DNA of 64,000 nucleotides from an uncultured Pseudobdellovibrionaceae bacterium (lineage in GTDB: Bacteria; Patescibacteriota; Minisyncoccia; Moranbacterales; GCA-2747515). The first letter of the stretch is position 1. Each line of letters starts with the position of its first letter. Where the stretch lies: contig CAYXCH010000011.1 of assembly GCA_964463705.1 (NCBI GenBank), positions 3,473 to 67,472 of the forward strand, in the 5' to 3' direction. Both the position numbers and the translations under genes were made by a program. Shown piece by piece: positions 19,089 to 29,169 of this stretch. Under the pieces are notes generated by a model. That model did no database searches. It had not been told where the DNA came from and saw only the letters and a program-made list of their open reading frames with translations.

Positions 19089-19994
19089 TTAAAGCAACGG
19101 CGGACCGTAGACATGGACAACTCGCGGAGCATGGGAGAGATCGTGTATTGTCGTATGATAGCGAAGTCCGGTGCGACGAGCGAGGCGGCGCAGTGCGCGA
19201 TCTTGTGAGGGGTCAATTTCACAAAGAACATCCACTCCGCTATACGGCAGTGCGCGGCGGACACGAGAGAGTTGAGCAAAGAGCTTTTCATATGCGGCAA
19301 GTCCTCCATGGGCGGCAAACAATGCCGACGGCGGTTCAAATCGCAGCGCACGACTTTCTTCTCGTTGCAGTAATTGAAAGCGATGGGTGGCATTAACGTA
19401 GGGAAGGTTGGCGCAAATAATCAGATGCGGGGCATGATGATGTAAAAACGTTCGGAGTGTGCGCGCACGATACAATGGTGTAACTCCATCGGCATGAAGA
19501 AATGCAATCTGTTCCGCCACGCCGTGCATACGGGCATTGCCATCTGCACAGTGTAATGCGCCAACACTCGTATCTGTTGCAAGAAATCCATGAGAGTGAT
19601 TGCCGCGGGCGGCACATTCGGCGGCAATACTGACGATAATATTTCCGCTGCCGGTACCCACATCAACAATAACGCTGCGCGTGTGTCGGCAACAGAGGGA
19701 GAGTGCTGCGTCCACGAGGTGTTCCGTTTCCGCTCGCGGTACCAGCGTATCAGATGTTACACGGAATGAGCGGCCGTAAAATTCTTTGGTGCCCGTAAGA
19801 TAAGAAAGTGCTACACCGTGGCGGCGACGCTGACAAGCATCTTGAATCTTTTTTGCTGTGGCGGAATCCACCGTTCGTTCCCCGAATGCCACCACCGTTG
19901 CATAATCGCAACCGGCAAAGTGTGCGATAATACGGCGAGTATCTTCACGAGCGCATGGCGAGTTTGCCACCAATTCATCAATAGTCCACGACAT
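19089..19994 (-). CDS. prmC: release factor glutamine methyltransferase
   Basis: LVPRAETE, DVGTGSG and NLPY motifs. Confidence 0.9.
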   Translation of the reverse strand: MSWTIDELVANSPCAREDTRRIIAHFAGCDYATVVAFGERTVDSATAKKIQDACQRRRHGVALSYLTGTKEFYGRSFRVTSDTLVPRAETEHLVDAALSLCCRHTRSVIVDVGTGSGNIIVSIAAECAARGNHSHGFLATDTSVGALHCADGNARMHGVAEQIAFLHADGVTPLYRARTLRTFLHHHAPHLIICANLPYVNATHRFQLLQREESRALRFEPPSALFAAHGGLAAYEKLFAQLSRVRRALPYSGVDVLCEIDPSQDRALRRLARRTGLRYHTTIHDLSHAPRVVHVYGPPLL

Positions 19995-19996
19995 AA

Positions 19997-22732
19997 TCAG
20001 TAGCGATATGTTGCCACTGTTCCGTCTTCATGAAGTGCGGTGATGGTGGAAAGGCGTTCATCAACGGTAAATGAGCGAACAGTATTAAAGGCATCGTTTG
20101 TGATATTGAGTGTTACGGTGGCGGTGTCTTTGGTTAGGGCGATGATCCGGCGCACCGCGCGGTCCAGTATAAACAATGGAGCGTCCGCATTGGCGGTAAA
20201 GAGGGCATCGGCATGTAGCGGTGGAGAAAGGTTGGCGGTGAGGGTGCTCTGTTTTTTATTTTTAAAGAATGTAACAATATCACCGGTATCGGTTGCCATG
20301 TAAATGGTTCCGTCAATGATTGTATCTCGTGGCGCGCCAAAGTCTGTTCCATCGCGTAACCAATCTACCGGCGCGCCAAATCCGTCCGGTGTGCGGGCAT
20401 GACGATAAATATCGTTATTAGTTGCGTCAAAGATATATAGATATGTCAGATACGTTGCTATACGTTCAATATCCACGCCCGGTGGCAATATAACATGTAG
20501 AGGGGTAAATTTCTTCTGTGCCGCCGGCGCAAACGCAACAAATGCATTTTTCTGTGTGCGCAAAATAATCATATTGAGCGCATCCATCGCCACCGCTTCT
20601 ACAGTGTCGTCAAACGAGTGAGGGAGTGTATACGTCTTTTTTGTGGTTGCATTGGTGATGGCGGTAATGCTGCGTGGAGCGACAACAAATGTTTTTCCGC
20701 GGACGGAGAGAAGAGAATGAATGGAAGGATCGGTATGTACCACATAGGTGCGGTGGATTACCGCACTTCCGAGATCTCGCGGTGTCTCTTCTGAGGGGGT
20801 GGCGGGGGTATGTTCCGACGTTGATTCCGGTACAAAATCTTGTGTAGCATCTTGCACTTGCATACGGTGGAGAAGGAAGGGGACCACAATAATGGCGCCT
20901 ACAACAAGAGCGGCAATTCCTCGTTGGGACGGAGATAGTGCACGGGCATGTGCAAGAAGTCGTCGAGGATGAGGAAGCAATCGTGTTCCGAGATGACGAA
21001 GACGGCATCCGATTGCTCTTGCACGAGTTTGACAATCGTGCCATGACCATGTTCGTACGGGCAACTGACGCCATGAGGTGCGCGCATGGTGGCGTACGGC
21101 ATTGACGGCGGTGCGAAGGTGTTTTCGGTGACGGTGTGCGTGTGATTGTACCGCCCGAACAAGTGCTCGAGTGGCGTGAACGGCACGAAGACGCCGCTGT
21201 GTGCGCCGAACACGCGGAACGGATTCATCATGATGCGGGGCGGTACGTGCCAGGAAGTTTTCCAACGCGGTGCCGGCAGTCAATGGATTATGTTGCCGAA
21301 TGTGATCTTCTACAACACGTTGTTCCACAGCGGTCCGTTGCGATTGAGGGACGGCTTCCGGCGGAACATCAGTGGCACGGGGAATGGTATCGGATACTTC
21401 CTGTTCTTTTTTCTCCTCCCGTTCCGATCCATCGTCCGGAAGGGCTTCTGTGATTGTTGTGGACAATGCTTCCGGGTGTTCTGATGATATGGATGATTTA
21501 AGTGATACATCGGCAGTAGTATCTTGCTTAATATTTGCTTGTTGAGTTTTTGCAGCCACCCGACGCAATTCAGCGGATTCTCGCCGGCGCTCTTGCCACT
21601 GTGCCACGGCATCCTTCCACTGCGCAATATGAGTTTTAGAGTGTGCGGAGACAGTATGCGCCGTCTGGTGAAAGCGGGTACGTATCGTGTGTTGTGCTTT
21701 ATTCAATGCGCGGTGAGTAATATCGGTAGCATGACGGAGTGTGGCATAAAGTGATTGCAATGAGGTGTGTACCGTATGACGGAGGGCGCGATACCGTTGG
21801 CGAAGAGAAAATGTCTGCTCATGAAGTACTTCATGAAGCGGTGTGCGCGCAACATCTTCCGCTTCGCCATGAACATAAATATGTGTTCGGTGACCGACGG
21901 GAGCGGGTGATGGAGATTCTTCAGAGGAAGAGGAATCCGATGGTGTCGTTGGTACGGATGACTCCGGGCGTTCAAATGCTTGCGCACTGAATACATTATC
22001 GGGAAGAGTAACGGTATCATCGGAAATATCAAGATCGTGATCACGGCGATAAATTTCCGCCCGCCGAGCAACAATATCTACCAGTTGCATACAACTGCCA
22101 TCTGTTTGATTGACCAATGCGGTACGGAAAAATTGTGTTCGTGCATCACCGTGATATCGGCGACATCCTTGCTCACAGATATCCGGAGAGAGAATATCCG
22201 CCGCATCTCGGGAGACGATGAGGAATGTATCACCATTACGACATTCCCCGCAAGCGATATCATGAAACGTTGCGAGAGTGGTATCGGATGGAGTGGAGGC
22301 ACTGATATGTTGCAGTGTATGATCGCGAAACAGTGAAATACGTCCCTGTCCGCACGTACTGAAACACACGGATTGTTCTGTAAACGCACAGACGGCACCA
22401 TCCAGTTTGTCGGGTCCCAAAACCGTGCCGTTGCGTGCCAGTTCCGTCAGTGCGATATTGACTTTTGACAACGCCGCTTCCAACGCCGCTTCCGTGCTTC
22501 TTGCCGTAGAGATATAAAATTCTTTTTTCAGAACAGCGGTAAGAAAGTTTGCCACATAGTCCATGGATGTGTCATGAACACGGAAAAATCCGATTAAAAT
22601 TCCGTGGCGTCTTTCAATAATATTCTGTGGCTGTATGGCAAACGGATCTACAAGCGTTCGTTGTACGGAAGAGCGAACAGAAGAGATTGTTGTGATATGT
22701 TGATGAAAGACTGTTGAATTTTCTGTTGTCAT
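19997..22732 (-). CDS. large bitopic protein: degenerate PP2C-like N-domain, disordered middle, TM helix, beta-propeller-like C-domain
   Basis: 911 aa; alpha/beta N-region ending GDTFLIVS; TM GIAALVVGAIIVVPFLL; C-terminal YLYIFD, IDGTIYM and LFILD blades. Confidence 0.6.
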   Translation of the reverse strand: MTTENSTVFHQHITTISSVRSSVQRTLVDPFAIQPQNIIERRHGILIGFFRVHDTSMDYVANFLTAVLKKEFYISTARSTEAALEAALSKVNIALTELARNGTVLGPDKLDGAVCAFTEQSVCFSTCGQGRISLFRDHTLQHISASTPSDTTLATFHDIACGECRNGDTFLIVSRDAADILSPDICEQGCRRYHGDARTQFFRTALVNQTDGSCMQLVDIVARRAEIYRRDHDLDISDDTVTLPDNVFSAQAFERPESSVPTTPSDSSSSEESPSPAPVGHRTHIYVHGEAEDVARTPLHEVLHEQTFSLRQRYRALRHTVHTSLQSLYATLRHATDITHRALNKAQHTIRTRFHQTAHTVSAHSKTHIAQWKDAVAQWQERRRESAELRRVAAKTQQANIKQDTTADVSLKSSISSEHPEALSTTITEALPDDGSEREEKKEQEVSDTIPRATDVPPEAVPQSQRTAVEQRVVEDHIRQHNPLTAGTALENFLARTAPHHDESVPRVRRTQRRLRAVHATRALVRAVQSHAHRHRKHLRTAVNAVRHHARTSWRQLPVRTWSWHDCQTRARAIGCRLRHLGTRLLPHPRRLLAHARALSPSQRGIAALVVGAIIVVPFLLHRMQVQDATQDFVPESTSEHTPATPSEETPRDLGSAVIHRTYVVHTDPSIHSLLSVRGKTFVVAPRSITAITNATTKKTYTLPHSFDDTVEAVAMDALNMIILRTQKNAFVAFAPAAQKKFTPLHVILPPGVDIERIATYLTYLYIFDATNNDIYRHARTPDGFGAPVDWLRDGTDFGAPRDTIIDGTIYMATDTGDIVTFFKNKKQSTLTANLSPPLHADALFTANADAPLFILDRAVRRIIALTKDTATVTLNITNDAFNTVRSFTVDERLSTITALHEDGTVATYRY

Positions 22733-22845
22733 ATCGGAAGTGTTGTCGCTATACAGTATACTACATTTCTTTCACTTCGGCGATGGGAGGTTATGGACGG
22801 GAGATACGGAATGCGATACACTGAAACTATTATCAGTAAACACTC

Positions 22846-23991
22846 ATGACGATATCATCATCGGCGGTTATCGCCATTGACGCATCACGGGCGTTTGTAC
22901 ATGAGCGCACGGGAATCGAGGAATATGCCTATGAAGTGGTTAAACACTTGCGGGAGCCGTTGCGAGAGCGCCGTGTAGTATTATATGTTCGTTTTGGCGG
23001 GGAGGCGGCAAAACATCCGCGGACATGGATTGAAACACAGTTCTTTTCCTTGCCCGATTCATGGTCGGTTCGCGTAGTACGTCCGCGGCGACTGTGGACA
23101 CAGTGGGGGCTGGCATACCATATGTGGCGAGACGCGCCGGATGTATTATTTGTTCCCGCTCATACCGTACCATGGAAACATCCGCGCAATACGGTGGTGG
23201 TTGTGCATGGATTAGAGTATGAGATGACACCACAGGCATACAGTCGGTATGCACGGTTGTACATGCGGTGGAGTATTCGTGCATCGTGTCGGTGGGCGCG
23301 GCACATTATTACGGTTAGTGATAATACGGCGCGAGATGTACATCGTCTTTACGGAGTGCCGCGAGATCGGATGACGACGGTATATGAGGGTGTTAATAAA
23401 CCACTGGATGCGGAGGCGGACGACACCTCTCTGTGCCCCGATAATCCGTACTTCTTTTTTGTCGGGCGATTGGAGGAACGAAAAAATATTGTACGCATTG
23501 TACAGGCATTTGATCGGTTTAAGGACATACACAAGACATCGCATGTATTGGTGCTTGCCGGGGGGCGCGGATATGGAGCGGAGGCGATTGATGCGGCGAT
23601 TGATGCGGCGAATCATCAGAAAGATATTATTCGTCCCGGATTTATCAGTGATGCGCAGAAGTGGGCATTGTTGCGCGGAGCGCAGGCATTTGTTTTTCCG
23701 ACTCTGTATGAGGGCTTTGGATTGCCGGTATTGGAGGCGCAGAGCGTGCATGTGCCGGTGATTACATCCACCGTTTCCTCGTTGCCCGAGGTGGTGACGG
23801 CACCGTCGGATCCGGAACCCAGCGCATTGCTGGTAGATCCTTATGATGTGGAAGAGATTGCTGAGGCAATGGCGCACATTGCGCAGGATGCGTCACTTCG
23901 TCGTGCTATAATAGACCGAGGTGTACGTAACTGTGCACGCTTTGACTGGGCGACCTGTGCGCAGGAGATTGCGCGGGTATTGGACTATTGA
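22846..23991 (+). CDS. glycosyltransferase family 4
   Basis: FVGRLEERKN and FPTLYEGFGLPVLEA motifs. Confidence 0.93.
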   Translation: MTISSSAVIAIDASRAFVHERTGIEEYAYEVVKHLREPLRERRVVLYVRFGGEAAKHPRTWIETQFFSLPDSWSVRVVRPRRLWTQWGLAYHMWRDAPDVLFVPAHTVPWKHPRNTVVVVHGLEYEMTPQAYSRYARLYMRWSIRASCRWARHIITVSDNTARDVHRLYGVPRDRMTTVYEGVNKPLDAEADDTSLCPDNPYFFFVGRLEERKNIVRIVQAFDRFKDIHKTSHVLVLAGGRGYGAEAIDAAIDAANHQKDIIRPGFISDAQKWALLRGAQAFVFPTLYEGFGLPVLEAQSVHVPVITSTVSSLPEVVTAPSDPEPSALLVDPYDVEEIAEAMAHIAQDASLRRAIIDRGVRNCARFDWATCAQEIARVLDY

Positions 23992-24001
23992 TGTAGTGAT
24001 C

Positions 24002-25141
24002 ATGATGTTATCGGAATTAACAGAGTTTTCCACGCTGCGAGTGGCGCTGGTGCACGATTTTCTACACACGTCGGGTGGGGCGGAGAAGGTGCTGTGTGAT
24101 TTGGCGGCGCTGTTTCCTCATGCACCGATTTATACATTGACATATGATGCGCGGACCGCTCCCGCTGCGCTTCGCTCTCGCACCATTATTTCCGCATTAC
24201 CACGATGGACACATCGGATACTTCCCGCATTGCTACCGATGTTGCCAACAATGCCGGAACTTTGGGATTTACGAGATTATGATATTGTTGTCTCATCATC
24301 CGGCGCGTGGAGCAAGGGAATTGTTACCCGTGTTAATACTGCACATGTGGCATATATTCATTCACCGATGCGATTTGTATGGGATGAGAATATGCGCTAT
24401 GCACAGCGACGGGTCGGTCGTCTTGCTCGTTCATTGCCGGCGCGGGCGATATTTTCTCGATTACGTGTATGGGATGTGGAGGCGGCGCAACGCCCCGATG
24501 TATTGGTGGCGAACAGTCACTATACGGCGGCGAGGATTGAAAAATTTTATCGGCGGTCGGCGACAGTGGCATATCCGATTGTTCCGCTTCCCGCAGAATT
24601 TTCGACGGAACCGCGAGAGAAGTTTTTTCTCACTGTGGCGCGGTTGTCAGAGTATAAGAATGTAGAATTATTGGTGGAAGTATTTACACGATTGAAGTTG
24701 CCGTTAAAAGTGGTGGGAGATGGACGGTTGCGCTCTACATTGATGCGCCGTGCCGGGAAGACGGTGACGATTTGCGGTCGTCTCAGTGATGCGGAACTGA
24801 CACGGTTATACCGGACGGCACGGGCGGTGATATTTGCCGCCGAGGAAGATTTTGGATTGGTGCCGGCGGAAGCACTTTCCTATGGAACACCGGTGATTGC
24901 ATATAACCGGGGCGGTGTTCGGGAGATAGTGCAGCCGGGGGTGACGGGGGAGATGTTTGATGCGCTTAGCGCTCCCGTGGTAGCGGATGGTATTCGGCGA
25001 TTTTTGGAGCGAGAGGAATCCTATGATGTAAAAGCAATGCAATCTGCTGTTGAGCGGTTTGGCGCGGAGCAATTTGTTACAACGATACGTTCGGCGATTC
25101 GAACGGCGCTGAAACAGACACGGGGGACATCATCGGTATGA
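24002..25141 (+). CDS. glycosyltransferase family 4 (mannosyltransferase-like)
   Basis: VALVHDFL..GGAEKV, YIHSPMR and EEDFGLVPAEA motifs. Confidence 0.92.
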   Translation: MMLSELTEFSTLRVALVHDFLHTSGGAEKVLCDLAALFPHAPIYTLTYDARTAPAALRSRTIISALPRWTHRILPALLPMLPTMPELWDLRDYDIVVSSSGAWSKGIVTRVNTAHVAYIHSPMRFVWDENMRYAQRRVGRLARSLPARAIFSRLRVWDVEAAQRPDVLVANSHYTAARIEKFYRRSATVAYPIVPLPAEFSTEPREKFFLTVARLSEYKNVELLVEVFTRLKLPLKVVGDGRLRSTLMRRAGKTVTICGRLSDAELTRLYRTARAVIFAAEEDFGLVPAEALSYGTPVIAYNRGGVREIVQPGVTGEMFDALSAPVVADGIRRFLEREESYDVKAMQSAVERFGAEQFVTTIRSAIRTALKQTRGTSSV

Positions 25142-26025
25142 ACATCTTTGGTCATCGTACAATTCGGGAGCGACTGCTACAACAATACATAGACGGAAAA
25201 GTGGCGCCGTTTTTATTGTGTATCGGTCCCGATCATGTAGGGAAATCCACGGTGATGCGGCGATATGCACAAGTATTGTTGCATCGCTCTCATGACATGG
25301 AAGAATGTGGCACACTTCCGAGTGCACACCCGGATCTTGTTCATCATACTCCACAGATTGTTCGGCGCTCATCGGGAGCGCGGACAGTCGCGTCATTGGG
25401 TATAGATGACATTCGCGCTCTTTCCGTTCCGTATCGCCCTCACTGTGCGCCGTACCGTGTTATCCTTGTGGAGGCGGCGGATACATTGACGCCGGCGGCG
25501 CAGAATGCGTTGTTAAAAGTGCTGGAGGAGCCTCCACCATCTACGGTATTTTTATTTACGACGGCACATCCATCGCGTATTCTTCCCACGGTCCGTTCTC
25601 GTGCACGCGTGATATTGTTTCATCGCAGTGCGCCGGAAACGGTGCGGGCGGCGGTAGCGGCGGATGGAGTGAGTGGGGCGCGGTGCAAAGAAATCAGTGC
25701 ATTGGCGGACGGGTGTATCGGGCGTGCGCTGCGCATGGCACGAGATGAAGAATTGTACCGGTGGTATCGGGATATGACGGAAACCGGAAATGCCATAGTG
25801 ACAATGACAACGGCACAGCGGTGTGCGGTGGCGGCAGAGTTGTCTCGTGATATTCCGCGTGCTCGGGAGGCATTGGAAGTATGGATGTCGCTGTATCGTC
25901 ATCGGTTACGTCGCCATCCGCGTTTTGCAACTCGTTTGGCGGTGTTGTTGCGCACCTATACGGTATTGCGTGATAGTACGGCACACCCTCGATTGATCTT
26001 GGAGGCGGGGCTGACGGCATTGTAA
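25138..26025 (+). CDS. holB: DNA polymerase III subunit delta'
   Basis: GPDHVGKST, HPD, AQNALLKVLEEPP and ILPTVRSR motifs. Confidence 0.88.
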   Translation: MNIFGHRTIRERLLQQYIDGKVAPFLLCIGPDHVGKSTVMRRYAQVLLHRSHDMEECGTLPSAHPDLVHHTPQIVRRSSGARTVASLGIDDIRALSVPYRPHCAPYRVILVEAADTLTPAAQNALLKVLEEPPPSTVFLFTTAHPSRILPTVRSRARVILFHRSAPETVRAAVAADGVSGARCKEISALADGCIGRALRMARDEELYRWYRDMTETGNAIVTMTTAQRCAVAAELSRDIPRAREALEVWMSLYRHRLRRHPRFATRLAVLLRTYTVLRDSTAHPRLILEAGLTAL

Positions 26026-26036
26026 TTGATTTTGAT

Positions 26037-26912
26037 ATGCGAACAACACGATCTCATCGCAGATATCGTCCCGCTCGGCGTTCCGTGCGGAGACCGTCAC
26101 CATGGCGACGTGCGGTGTTGCTGCGAGTTGCTTGGTACATGGTAGCGGTGGCATATGGTGCGGTACTGGTATGGGTGGTACTGGTGTCCGATTATATGCG
26201 AATTACCACTGTAGATGTTCGCGGAACAGTACGTGTTTCACCAGAGACGGTACGAAATGCGGTATGGTCGGTATTATCCGATACAACGTGGCCGAATCGC
26301 TTACGGGCACAGTATGTTCTGGTGCCGCGGAAACAAGTGCGAGAGGCGGTGCAAAACGCAACGGCGGTAATCCGGAGTGTAACAGTGCGTAAAGTATTTC
26401 CACACACGATTATTGTTACAATTCAGGAGTGGGATACGGTGTATGCATGGTGTCATTCCGATTTATCCTGTGCCGTTATTTACGAGGATGGAGCGCTGGG
26501 AATGCCGGTAATGAATGCCGAGGCGCCGTTGCTGCGGGAGAATCCCGTTGTGCGAATTATTGATGACAGTGCGACGCCGATGGAAACAATTCAAACAGTA
26601 TGCACCACACCGTCCGCCATACAGTCATTATTGAGTGCGGCGCAATCTGTCGGATATACGGTGCGGCAAATTCATGTGGCGCATCCGTTGCATCCATTTG
26701 TAACATTGTATTTGGAGCGGGGATGGACACTGGACGTACCCTGTCATCGTCCGCAACGCATTATTCATGTTGCCGCGGCATTGGAAGATGCTTTGTCAAC
26801 AGCAGAGCGGGACCGGTTACAACGTGTGGATGCACGTGTTCCGCGAAAAATTTTTTACACGCTTCGGGAAGCGGCGACTCTTGACGAATCCGCCATCGGC
26901 GCGGTAGAATGA
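26037..26912 (+). CDS. ftsQ: FtsQ/DivIB-like POTRA-domain cell division protein
   Basis: Basic N-tail, TM helix, ITTVDVRG..VRKVFPHTIIVTIQE, C-terminal VDAR. Confidence 0.75.
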   Translation: MRTTRSHRRYRPARRSVRRPSPWRRAVLLRVAWYMVAVAYGAVLVWVVLVSDYMRITTVDVRGTVRVSPETVRNAVWSVLSDTTWPNRLRAQYVLVPRKQVREAVQNATAVIRSVTVRKVFPHTIIVTIQEWDTVYAWCHSDLSCAVIYEDGALGMPVMNAEAPLLRENPVVRIIDDSATPMETIQTVCTTPSAIQSLLSAAQSVGYTVRQIHVAHPLHPFVTLYLERGWTLDVPCHRPQRIIHVAAALEDALSTAERDRLQRVDARVPRKIFYTLREAATLDESAIGAVE

Positions 26913-26922
26913 CAGACGTACT

Positions 26923-27141
26923 ATGCAGATTTTTGATATTCTACAATTGGTAACGGCAATTCTGCTGATTATTGCGATTTTGCTGCAGCATCGGTCCGCG
27001 GGCATCGGGATGTCTTTTGGTGGTGGCGGCGGAGCGGAGGGATACTATACTCGTCGCGGATTTGAGAAATTTCTTACACAGGCGACGGTAGTGCTGGCGG
27101 CGGCGTTTATTGCGGTATCGTTTGCGCGCATCGCGCTGTAA
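26923..27141 (+). CDS. secG: preprotein translocase SecG
   Basis: ILLQHRSAGIGMSFGG..TRRGFEKFL with two TM helices. Confidence 0.93.
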   Translation: MQIFDILQLVTAILLIIAILLQHRSAGIGMSFGGGGGAEGYYTRRGFEKFLTQATVVLAAAFIAVSFARIAL

Positions 27142-27162
27142 TGGCGAGAGCGCTTTTTCTTT

Positions 27163-28932
27163 ATGCAACAACGGAACGACACAGATGAAGCATCAATAGG
27201 ACGACGGTGCATTGCGTGGTGCTCGCAGCGGCGTGTTGTTCGTGCGTTTATTGCGGCATCATTTGTACGGAAGGTTGCTGTGGTGCTATGTTCCGCGGTG
27301 ACACTCAGTGCGTTGATATTTTGGGCATATGTGGGATATCTTTCCGTGACAGTTCCCGTGCCGGATTCGGGCGGAATATATACGGAAGCGATTATCGGGC
27401 AACCGACGTACTATAATCCGTTACTGCTGCGTGCCGGTACCGAAACCGAGGCGTCAGTGACATATTTGGTATACAGTGGACTGTTTCGTGCTGATGGCTC
27501 CGGCGGTGTTGTACCGGATTTGGCGGAGCGTGTAGAGGTAAGTGATGGTGGGAAAACGTATACGGTAACACTGCGAGGGGATGCATTATGGCATGATGGG
27601 GAGCGAGTGACGGCGGATGATGTGGTATATACGTTCAACACGATTAAAGATAAGCGATTTGCCGTGACGCCGGCATTGGCGCAAGCGTGGGCGGATGTAA
27701 CGGTAGAGCGAGTGGATGATACAACGGTGCGGTTTCGCTTGACCAAACCGTTCGCTTCCTTTGTGGAAGCGCAGTTGCGAACGGGGATTTTGCCGAAGCA
27801 TATTTGGCGTGATGTGGAGGGAGAGGCGTTTTCACGCGCTCCGGCCAATACACATCCCATCGGGACGGGCCCGTATCGTTTTGTAAAGAATGAAGTAGAT
27901 GAGCGCGGGCGTATTACGGCGGTAACGCTGGTCCGGTTTGATGATTATTATGGAACACGTCCCTATATCTCTCGTGTGAAGTTTTCTTTTGTTCACGGTG
28001 CGGATGATGCGCGGACGGCATTGGAAACGCATCAAGTATTGGCGGCGGCGGTTCGCGGGGTGGAGGATCCGGATAATGCATTCCGCGTAGTGCGGGTAAC
28101 GGTGCCGTCAGTATATGGAGTCTTTTTCAATCCGCTCAAGAGTGCGGCGCTGGCCTATGCCGATGTACGAGCGGCATTATCACGGGCAACAGATCGGACA
28201 ACGATTGTTCGGGAGGTGTTGCAGGGGAGTGTACAGGAGATTCGCGCCCCGTTTGTTGCTCCAATGGCATGGAATGTTCACACGGATGCTTGGCCGACAT
28301 ATGATATAGCGGCGGCACGGGCGATGTTGGATGCTGCGGGATGGGTTCCGGGGGAAGATGGTATTCGCGCCCGAGAAGGAACCGTACTGCGTTTTACATT
28401 GATTGTTCCGTCTTGGGGGGATATGGTAAAGACGGCGCAGGAGTTGGCAAAACAATGGCGTGAGGTGGGTGCGGATGTAACCGTGGAGGCGTTGGATGCG
28501 GATGCGTTCCGCACAGCGCTCGCACAGCGAACCTACAATGCTGTACTGTTTGGTCAGACATACTTTGCTTTTGGTGCCGATCCGTTTGCATTTTGGCATG
28601 GAAGTCAGAAAGATGCCCCGGGGCTGAATTTTGCTCAGTTGACCAATAAGGATATTGACAAAATTCTTTCTGACGCACAGGCGGAGGGAGATCCGGAGAA
28701 GCGCGCAAAGTACGCCGCCACATTTAACGAAACGTTGGCACGCTTATCTCCGGCAGTGTTTCTATACAGCCCGTTTTATACGGTAACGGTATCACAGAAA
28801 GTGCATGGTATGAGTGATGTGGCAATGTCTCGCGGCGCCGAGCGATTCGTATCCATTCCGCAATGGTATATTGCGCAGAAACGTGTTTGGCATGCGCCGC
28901 AGTGGTATCAACGCTGGCGAAAGACAGATTGA
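27163..28932 (+). CDS. ABC transporter substrate-binding protein family 5 (OppA/DppA-like), TM-anchored
   Basis: PDLAE, WHDGERVTADDVVYT and PIGTGPY motifs. Confidence 0.9.
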   Translation: MQQRNDTDEASIGRRCIAWCSQRRVVRAFIAASFVRKVAVVLCSAVTLSALIFWAYVGYLSVTVPVPDSGGIYTEAIIGQPTYYNPLLLRAGTETEASVTYLVYSGLFRADGSGGVVPDLAERVEVSDGGKTYTVTLRGDALWHDGERVTADDVVYTFNTIKDKRFAVTPALAQAWADVTVERVDDTTVRFRLTKPFASFVEAQLRTGILPKHIWRDVEGEAFSRAPANTHPIGTGPYRFVKNEVDERGRITAVTLVRFDDYYGTRPYISRVKFSFVHGADDARTALETHQVLAAAVRGVEDPDNAFRVVRVTVPSVYGVFFNPLKSAALAYADVRAALSRATDRTTIVREVLQGSVQEIRAPFVAPMAWNVHTDAWPTYDIAAARAMLDAAGWVPGEDGIRAREGTVLRFTLIVPSWGDMVKTAQELAKQWREVGADVTVEALDADAFRTALAQRTYNAVLFGQTYFAFGADPFAFWHGSQKDAPGLNFAQLTNKDIDKILSDAQAEGDPEKRAKYAATFNETLARLSPAVFLYSPFYTVTVSQKVHGMSDVAMSRGAERFVSIPQWYIAQKRVWHAPQWYQRWRKTD

Positions 28933-28957
28933 CATATTGTATACGGTACTGTATCAT
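28929..28957 (+). promoter_or_regulatory. sigma70-type promoter of tRNA-Leu
   Basis: TTGACA-17 bp-TATCAT. Confidence 0.7.
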
Positions 28958-28968
28958 AACGAAATATT

Positions 28969-29052
28969 GCCGAAGTGGCGGAATTGGTAGACGCGCTACG
29001 TTCAGGTCGTAGTGGGGGCAACCCCGTGGAGGTTCAAGTCCTCTCTTCGGCA
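28969..29052 (+). tRNA. tRNA-Leu(CAG)
   Basis: Acceptor stem GCCGAAG/CTTCGGC, anticodon arm CTACG-TTCAGGT-CGTAG, long variable arm, GGTTCAAGTCC; CCA not encoded. Confidence 0.97.
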
Positions 29053-29169
29053 CAGTGATTCATGCATAAAAACAAGAGGTGATGTATACACCGGCGGTCA
29101 GACCGCGTTTTTGCTTGTGTGAGTCTTTTTGCACTTAGTGTTGCAATCAGTAATTAGTAGAATAATAAT

